Shown here piece by piece: positions 39,376 to 45,210 of a stretch of 45,210 nucleotides of DNA. Positions within the stretch are counted from its first letter, which is position 1, and every line of letters starts with the position of its first letter. Origin of the DNA: Chloropicon primus. Taxonomy: Eukaryota. Location: contig CP060773.1 in NCBI GenBank assembly GCA_023205875.1, positions 372,001 to 417,210 on the forward strand, read 5' to 3'. A program made the translations under genes and the position numbers. The notes under the pieces were generated by a model. That model saw only the letters and a list, made by a program, of their open reading frames with translations, made no database searches and was not told the DNA's origin.

Positions 39376-40950
39376 CTAAAAGTCAGCGTGCGGCAGGGGT
39401 TCGGAGAAGGTGCAATCCACGCTGTACCTCCCTCCGGTGCCGGTGCCGGTGCCGAGGGAGGTGGCAGTGGGGAAGAGGCCCTCCGTATGGATGCTGGAGA
39501 ACAACAAGTCGTCATACGAGCTCAGTTCCGCGCCAAAGCTGGTGTCCAGATCGTTCAGGAAGTCATCCATCTCACTATTCTTCGCCTTTTCGCTGCCGTG
39601 GCTGATCGGCGGCCACTGCTGGAAACAAGGGCCTTGCTGGCTCCGGCTCTTTCTGTGCCTCGGCGTCTTGAGGTCGTTGCTGCTGCTGTTGTTGTTGGCG
39701 GTGAAGGTGCTGCGCTCCGAGTACGACGAGGAACCGCCCCAAGCCATGTGGGAGTTCATCGACAAGACCGAGAAGTGCTGGTCGTTGTGCGCAAAGGTGA
39801 ACCCGTTGCTGGGTCCGGGCTCGGCGTACGCGAGATCCGCCGAGAGCAAGGTCGAGTCCGGGCTGATCCCCATGGAGTTCAGCTGCTTCCTCTTGGCCGC
39901 GGCTGCCTTGCCTGCCTGCGCTCTCGGAATCCACTCCGCGTTGGAGGCCCTGTCGGCCTTGGGAGCGGCCTTCCTCAGCGACGAGTCCCTCTCGGACGCG
40001 GCGGAGTTGGATCTCGCGAGGCCGCCGGGGCCCAGCGCCTTCCCGCGCGAGGAGGCGTCCCCCAGGTCGTCGCCCACCCTCCCGCTGCTCGCGCGGAGGA
40101 CGGGCTCGCTGGCCGCCGGTCTGATGGATCCCTTCCCCTCCTTGACGAGCTCCCTGGTCAGCTCCTTGGCCTCCTCCTCCGTGGTCAGCTTCCTGAAGGT
40201 GATCAGGAAGTCCTCCCTCCTGCCGGTCCTGATCGCGGCCAGGATGGGGTCCTCGGCATAGCTCTCCGCGGGAAAATTCAGCCTGGCCTCGCTGCCCCGC
40301 AGGAACAGGGCTCCCCTGTCGTAAGCCCTCGCAGCATTCGTCGGGTTCGTGAAGTACCCGAGGTGGAGCTGCTTGCCCTTCTCCCCGCCCTCCAGCGTGC
40401 CCCCCCTCGCCCACACGTGCGCCTCCCACTTCTTCCTTCGGTACTGGGAGATCCCGATCAGCTTGTCGGCTCCCCCACCCCCCCTCTTCGACCCCCTCTC
40501 CGACGTGTTCGGGCTCGCCATTGGGGACTTGGTGATCCCCTTCCCCTTGCCCCTCACCTGGCTCGGCTTGGGCTTCCTCCTGCCCCCGGCCTTGGCCTTG
40601 GAAGGGCTCCGAGCCGGAGCGGCCTGCGTCGCCGCCGCCGCCGGCTGGTCCAACCTGCTCGCGTGGTAGATCACCCCCCCCAGCCCGAAGCAAGTGTCCT
40701 CGTACTCCCTGCTTCCCAAACCATGCTTCCCGAACAGGGGCTTCCCGCCCCTCACCGTCTCGTCCTTCCCCCCACCCAAAGGAGGAGCGGCACCCAAAGG
40801 AGGAGCGGCACCCAAAGGAGCGGCATCGGGGTAGCCCTGGTCGTGGTGCGCCAACGCACTCCGCACCGCCCAGTGCCCCGGTCCATCCCCCGGCGTCGTG
40901 TAGTCCAACATCCCGGGCAAGATCGGCACCGGCGTCGGCGTCGGCGTCAT
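39376..40950 (-). CDS. AP2-domain transcription factor, single AP2 domain, 524 aa
   Basis: LIGISQYRRKKWEAHVW...KGKQLHLGYFTNPTNAARAYDRGALFLRGSEARLNFPAESY, followed by the REDFLITFRK linker helix typical of the AP2/ANT/WRI1 subfamily. ATG at 40950. Confidence 0.9.
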   Translation of the reverse strand: MTPTPTPVPILPGMLDYTTPGDGPGHWAVRSALAHHDQGYPDAAPLGAAPPLGAAPPLGGGKDETVRGGKPLFGKHGLGSREYEDTCFGLGGVIYHASRLDQPAAAATQAAPARSPSKAKAGGRRKPKPSQVRGKGKGITKSPMASPNTSERGSKRGGGGADKLIGISQYRRKKWEAHVWARGGTLEGGEKGKQLHLGYFTNPTNAARAYDRGALFLRGSEARLNFPAESYAEDPILAAIRTGRREDFLITFRKLTTEEEAKELTRELVKEGKGSIRPAASEPVLRASSGRVGDDLGDASSRGKALGPGGLARSNSAASERDSSLRKAAPKADRASNAEWIPRAQAGKAAAAKRKQLNSMGISPDSTLLSADLAYAEPGPSNGFTFAHNDQHFSVLSMNSHMAWGGSSSYSERSTFTANNNSSSNDLKTPRHRKSRSQQGPCFQQWPPISHGSEKAKNSEMDDFLNDLDTSFGAELSSYDDLLFSSIHTEGLFPTATSLGTGTGTGGRYSVDCTFSEPLPHADF

Positions 40951-42101
40951 CCTCTCCAAAGCAAGCAAGTCAACACCAAAAAAAAGAAAAACAACCCAAA
41001 GCCCCAAGGTGACAACCGGAAGAAGAGAAGAGAAAGAACCCCCCAAGTCCCTCTCGGAGTCGGAGTCGGAGTCGGAGTCGGAGTCGGAGTGGGCGTTCGC
41101 CACCCCAGTGCACCCCGTCCCTCTCCCGCGGCGTCCCAAACCTCAACCTCAACAACCTCCTCAGGGGCCGGCCGCGTTCGGACGTTACACAAAAACTCCA
41201 AACGTAACGCCCTCCGCCCCTCCGTCCATTTTTTGTGTACATTTTGCGTGTTCCAAATGGGTTTGGTTTGGGTTTGGGGGGACGAAAAGGGTTTTGAGGT
41301 CGTGTAGGTTTCCCGTTGTAAACGTTTCTCATGGAAGGTTTCTGGCTGAGAATAGAGTTCACCACGTGCGAAAAGGGCGGAGGGTGGTGGTAGCTGCTAC
41401 AGACCGGAGGAGGAGGCTACGGCCGAGGGCTACGGCGAAACCACCACCGGTCGATCAAGATAAGACCCTCTCCTCTGGGAGGACGGAGGACGGAGGACAA
41501 CCTTTAAGAACAGCCTCCCTTCCCTTCCAACGACAACTGCACTTGGGGAACTGACTTGGCTTGGTGCCGGGTCAGGGCGGAGAAGATAGGAGGCTAGGCA
41601 GGCCACACATCATCAGCATGGACAAAGACGACGAACAATCGGGTGGAACAAGCTCCCTTCCAACGACAACTTCAGTTCGAAAGACCTGCCTGCTGGTTTC
41701 CAAAGATGGGGACCGGACCGGACCTACGCTATAACCTCCCAACGGACTTGATCCACCACCACACTCGCTTGGGTGCCTGGGACCAAGACACCCACAAGAC
41801 AAAAGAAGAAGGGAAGAAGAAGAAGTCTCCCAAAAAGGATAGGATCCGACAATCAATCTACCTAAAAAATTATTTTCAATTGTTTTCGCTTTCGTTGTGT
41901 CTATTTCCTCGGCGGCGGAAGTTGCGGAATCATCCGTCCGCCTCCCACCGCCGCCACCAACCCACCTCTCCTTTCTCTCCGTCTCCCAGTCTCCCTGTGT
42001 CTCGTCTAACCTCGCTCCTTCCGGAATCCACCATAAAACAATCAAGGGGGCGCGCGCGCGCCAGCTCCCGCCCCGCCGGAGCGGCGGCGCTCTCCACGGG
42101 C

Positions 42102-43299
42102 TCAGGCGCTGGCCTTGACGGCGTCCTCCCACTTGATCCAGGTCTGCATGTCGACGCTGTCGATGTGCATGTCCACCTTGTCGACGGGGGTGAACCCGGC
42201 TCCGGTGGTGTGGACGCCCAAGGCGTCGCCGTCGGCGGTGTACACGGTGGAGTACTTGACGGTCTGCCCCCTGCGGACCAGGAGCAAAAGGAAAGAAGAA
42301 GAACTCGGGTTGTCAGACGTCGTCGGCGTCGCCGGGGCCGAGGGGGGGAACGCACGAAGAAGAGCAAGTCCCCTCCTCCTCCCAAGTCACGCGCTTCAGA
42401 CTTACCTTCTCTCGATCCTGTTCTGCTTTGGGTAGGGCTTGAAGAAGAAGTTCCACTCGATGAATCCTCCCTTGAGGCCCACGATGTTGGTGTACCCCTC
42501 CGCGTCCAAAAGCATCAGGACCTGGATGGCCCTCTGGGTGCCGTCGGAGCACACCACCAGGATCGGGGTGTCCTTGTCAGGGAAGGCCTCCTTGATCTGG
42601 TCCATGAACTTCGGGTTGGCGGTCTGGGTGACCTCCAGCTCGGCCGGGGAGACGCTCAGGTTCCACTTCCTCACCGTGTCGATCAGAGGAATGTTCACGG
42701 CCCTCGGGGTCTGCCCGTCGCTCTCGACCTCCGGCACGGAGCGCACGTCCAGGTACTGGTACCCCTCCTCGTACAGGCACTGGAGGCCACCAAAGAGCGT
42801 GGCAACGAAAGAGAGAGAGAGAGAGAGGCAAGAGAAGGTTTCCAGGCAGCGAGGCGTCAGTCAGCCAGAGGTCTTCGTCGGTCGGTGACGGGCACACCAG
42901 CGCGAGGATGCGAGCGAACCAACTGGGCTACTACTTCTGCGCGCAGAACACGCCCACGCCCGTCGCCCTGCTGCTGCTGCTGTTGTTGCTGTTGGTGGTG
43001 TTGTTGGACACCTCACTTACCCTGCCCTCCTCGACGTTGGCGACTCCCTTGTCCGGGAAGGCGGCCATGACCTCCTCGATGAAGTCAGGGTCGGGCCAGA
43101 TCTTCGGCTCGGGCTCCGGCTCCTCCTGGTACGCTGGGTAGCCCCTCACCCTCATGTCGCGAGGCACCACGACCCTCCTGCTCACCCCGTTACTCGTGTT
43201 GGTGTTGCTCGTGTTGGTGTTGGTGTGTGTCCTCGCCATCCTCCTGGCTCCGACCTTGCCCACCAAGCACTGCTTCATCGTAACCCTCGTGGTCGCCAT
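42102..43299 (-). CDS. Plastid-type rhodanese-like domain protein, 273 aa (exons 43299-43021, 42779-42406, 42270-42102)
   Basis: Transit-peptide-like N-terminus, then GYQYLDVRSVPE...AVNIPL...NPKFMDQI...FPDKDTPILVVCSDGTQRA...GYTNIVGLKGGFIEW. Two GTAAGT..CAG introns keep the frame. Confidence 0.9.
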
Positions 43300-44243
43300 C
43301 TTCGCTCCGTCCAGGCGTCGTGTTTTGTCCAGCACTCCACTCGTCCTCGTCGTCGTCCTCGTCGTTGTCTCTCCCTCTCGCTCGCTCTCCTCCGAAGAAA
43401 GATCTCCTTTCCTTTCGGTCGTTCTCAGCCTTTCGTTTCAGATAAAATAGAGAGCACGAAATGCATGGGGAACCCTGAGGGAGGAGGGGTTGGAGGACAC
43501 CATGGAGGGAGGCCAGGGGACTTGTGTTCCAGGTGTGTTTGGGGGTCTGTGTGGGTCCAATTGGGGGCCTTGGAATGTCTTGTTCTCACTCGTTTTGCTC
43601 CATGACGTTGAATGGGAGGAGGGGCCCAGATGATGATGTGTGCTTGGGTCCGGGCACTGGCGTCGAGGGGTGAGAGAGGAGAGGTGTTCTTGGGGCAATG
43701 CAGGAGAGTGGGAGGGGAAAGGAGGCAACGAGAGGTGGTTATGGGTAGTTGTTCGTGGATTGGATCATCTGTGTTTGGTACATGCTGACTTGATTGTGTA
43801 ATGTAGGTGTGTATGATATGATTCTGTTGCTATTATTGTCCATTTTGGGGCCTACTTTTTGGTACGAATAGTGGAGTGACGGATCCAGTTCGTGTCCGAT
43901 GGCTATTAAACTTTGTCAGAAGCGGCTTGTATTTTATATTTGGATACTCCTTTAATATTGTGTATCTTCCCGTCGTCCTTGAACCTGTAGAGGTCCATCT
44001 GTCGGACCACTAAAACCCAAACCACAGACCTCCATGGATGATGATGATGTTGTGTGAATGGAGTCCGTGATGGAGAGACCTGTTCCGGGTGGAGTGCAAT
44101 CTAGGGCACCAGAGAATAACGAGGTCCAATCGTAAACCTTACCCTGATCCACTCTTCTGCTGGAATCCGTCGTCTTATGCGACCTGGTTTAGGGCCGACT
44201 AAAAGCCAGATCACACTTAAGACTTATACCAGAAAGAAAAAGT

Positions 44244-44534
44244 GCGGTGGCTGGAGGCACCACGGAAAGCTTGTATGATGCGGCGGTGTCTTTCACTTAG
44301 GCTTCTTTTGTTCTCCGGCTCCTTTCCTTGGCCAGGACTTCCTTCCTTCCTTCCTCGGGCAAACCCTACTCAAGGCACTTCGGACCCACGAGAGGGCCTT
44401 TTAGGCGTTAGGTTTTAGGACTCCCAAGGCTTTAGGAAACGCGGTGACTCGGAGGCACCATGGAAAGCTTGGATGATGCGACGGTGTCTTTCTCTTAGGC
44501 TTCTTTTGTTCTCCGGCTCCTTTCCTTGGCCAGG
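44244..44534 (+). repeat. Subtelomeric ~93-bp direct repeat x2, separated by degenerate telomeric motifs
   Basis: ggaggcacca(c/t)ggaaagcttg(t/g)atgatgcg(g/a)cggtgtctttc(a/t)cttaggcttcttttgttctccggctcctttccttggccagg at 44253 and 44451; offset 198 bp. Confidence 0.93.
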
Positions 44535-44545
44535 TCGTCCTTCCA

Positions 44546-45210
44546 TAGGTTTAGGCTTGTAGGTTTGTAGGTTTGTAGGTTTTAGGTTTAGGTTTAGGTT
44601 TTAGGTTTTAGGTTTTAGGTTTAGGTTTTAGGTTTTAGGTTTAGGTTTTAGGTTTTAGGTTTTAGGTTTTAGGTTTTAGGTTTTAGGTTTTAGGTTTAGG
44701 TTTTAGGTTTTAGGTTTTAGGCTTTAGGCTTTAGGCCTTAGGCTTTAGGTTTTAGGCCTTAGGTTTTAGGCCCAGGCTTTAGGTTTAGGCAGGTTTTAGG
44801 CAGGTTTTAGGTTTTAGGTTTAGGTTTTAGGTTTTAGGTTTTAGGTTTTAGGTTTTAGGTTTTAGGTTTTAGGTTTTAGGTTTTAGGTTTTAGGTTTTAG
44901 GTTTTAGGTTTTAGGTTTTAGGTTTTAGGTTTTAGGTTTTAGGTTTTAGGTTTTAGGTTTTAGGTTTTAGGTTTTAGGTTTTAGGTTTTAGGTTTTAGGT
45001 TTTAGGTTTTAGGTTTTAGGTTTTAGGTTTTAGGTTTTAGGTTTTAGGTTTTAGGTTTTAGGTTTTAGGTTTTAGGTTTAGGTTTTAGGTTTTAGGTTTT
45101 AGGTTTTTTAGGTTTTAGGTTTTAGGTTTTAGGTTTTAGGTTTTAGGTTTTTAGGTTTTAGGTTTTAGGTTTTAGGTTTTAGGTTTTAGGTTTTAGGTTT
45201 TAGGTTTTAG
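44546..45210 (+). repeat. Telomeric array (TTTTAGG)n, G-rich strand running 5'->3' toward the window end
   Basis: Near-homogeneous TTTTAGG from ~44820 to the end. The proximal zone mixes TTTAGG, TTTGTAGG, CTTTAGG, CCTTAGG and CAGG variants. Confidence 0.97.

Noticed and set aside
40773..40825. 18-bp tandem repeat encoding GAAPPL in the AP2 gene
   Set aside because: An ordinary in-frame coding minisatellite in a disordered region.
39388..41307. 639-aa plus-strand ORF
   Set aside because: Antisense shadow of the AP2 gene in very GC-rich sequence.
41515..41675. 18-bp repeat tcccttccaacgacaact (41521, 41654) and short ORFs between AP2 and rhodanese
   Set aside because: Too short to interpret, and no convincing gene model in 41000-42050.
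43952..44152. 66-aa subtelomeric ORF
   Set aside because: Short, non-ATG start, no motif and no coding bias.

Overview
A gene-dense eukaryotic chromosome end, most likely from a compact-genome green alga. GC-rich coding exons, short GT-AG introns filled with CT/CA microsatellites, an AP2 factor and plastid-type proteins support this; a Chloropicon-like picoalga is my inference, not a database result. About 22 protein genes run to within about 1.25 kb of a (TTTTAGG)n telomere (about 44546-45210). They are: a partial IRE1-like gene missing from the ORF track, an STI1-domain protein, a FkbM-like membrane protein, two head-to-head orphan type II membrane proteins that look paralogous, an RsuA/RluF pseudouridine synthase, a cNMP-binding K+ channel, MOG1, two unknown membrane proteins, a COMM-domain-only protein, organellar LeuRS, RPSA, SEC23, a Nudix hydrolase, DNAL4 and NEK10 (divergent ciliary pair), GDPD, a coiled-coil orphan, SEC15, an AP2 factor and a rhodanese. 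Exon-intron models were built by hand from splice sites and frame continuity. The most notable non-genic signals are a related repeat core arrayed on both sides of GDPD and recurring short direct duplications about 130-200 bp apart in intergenic regions.
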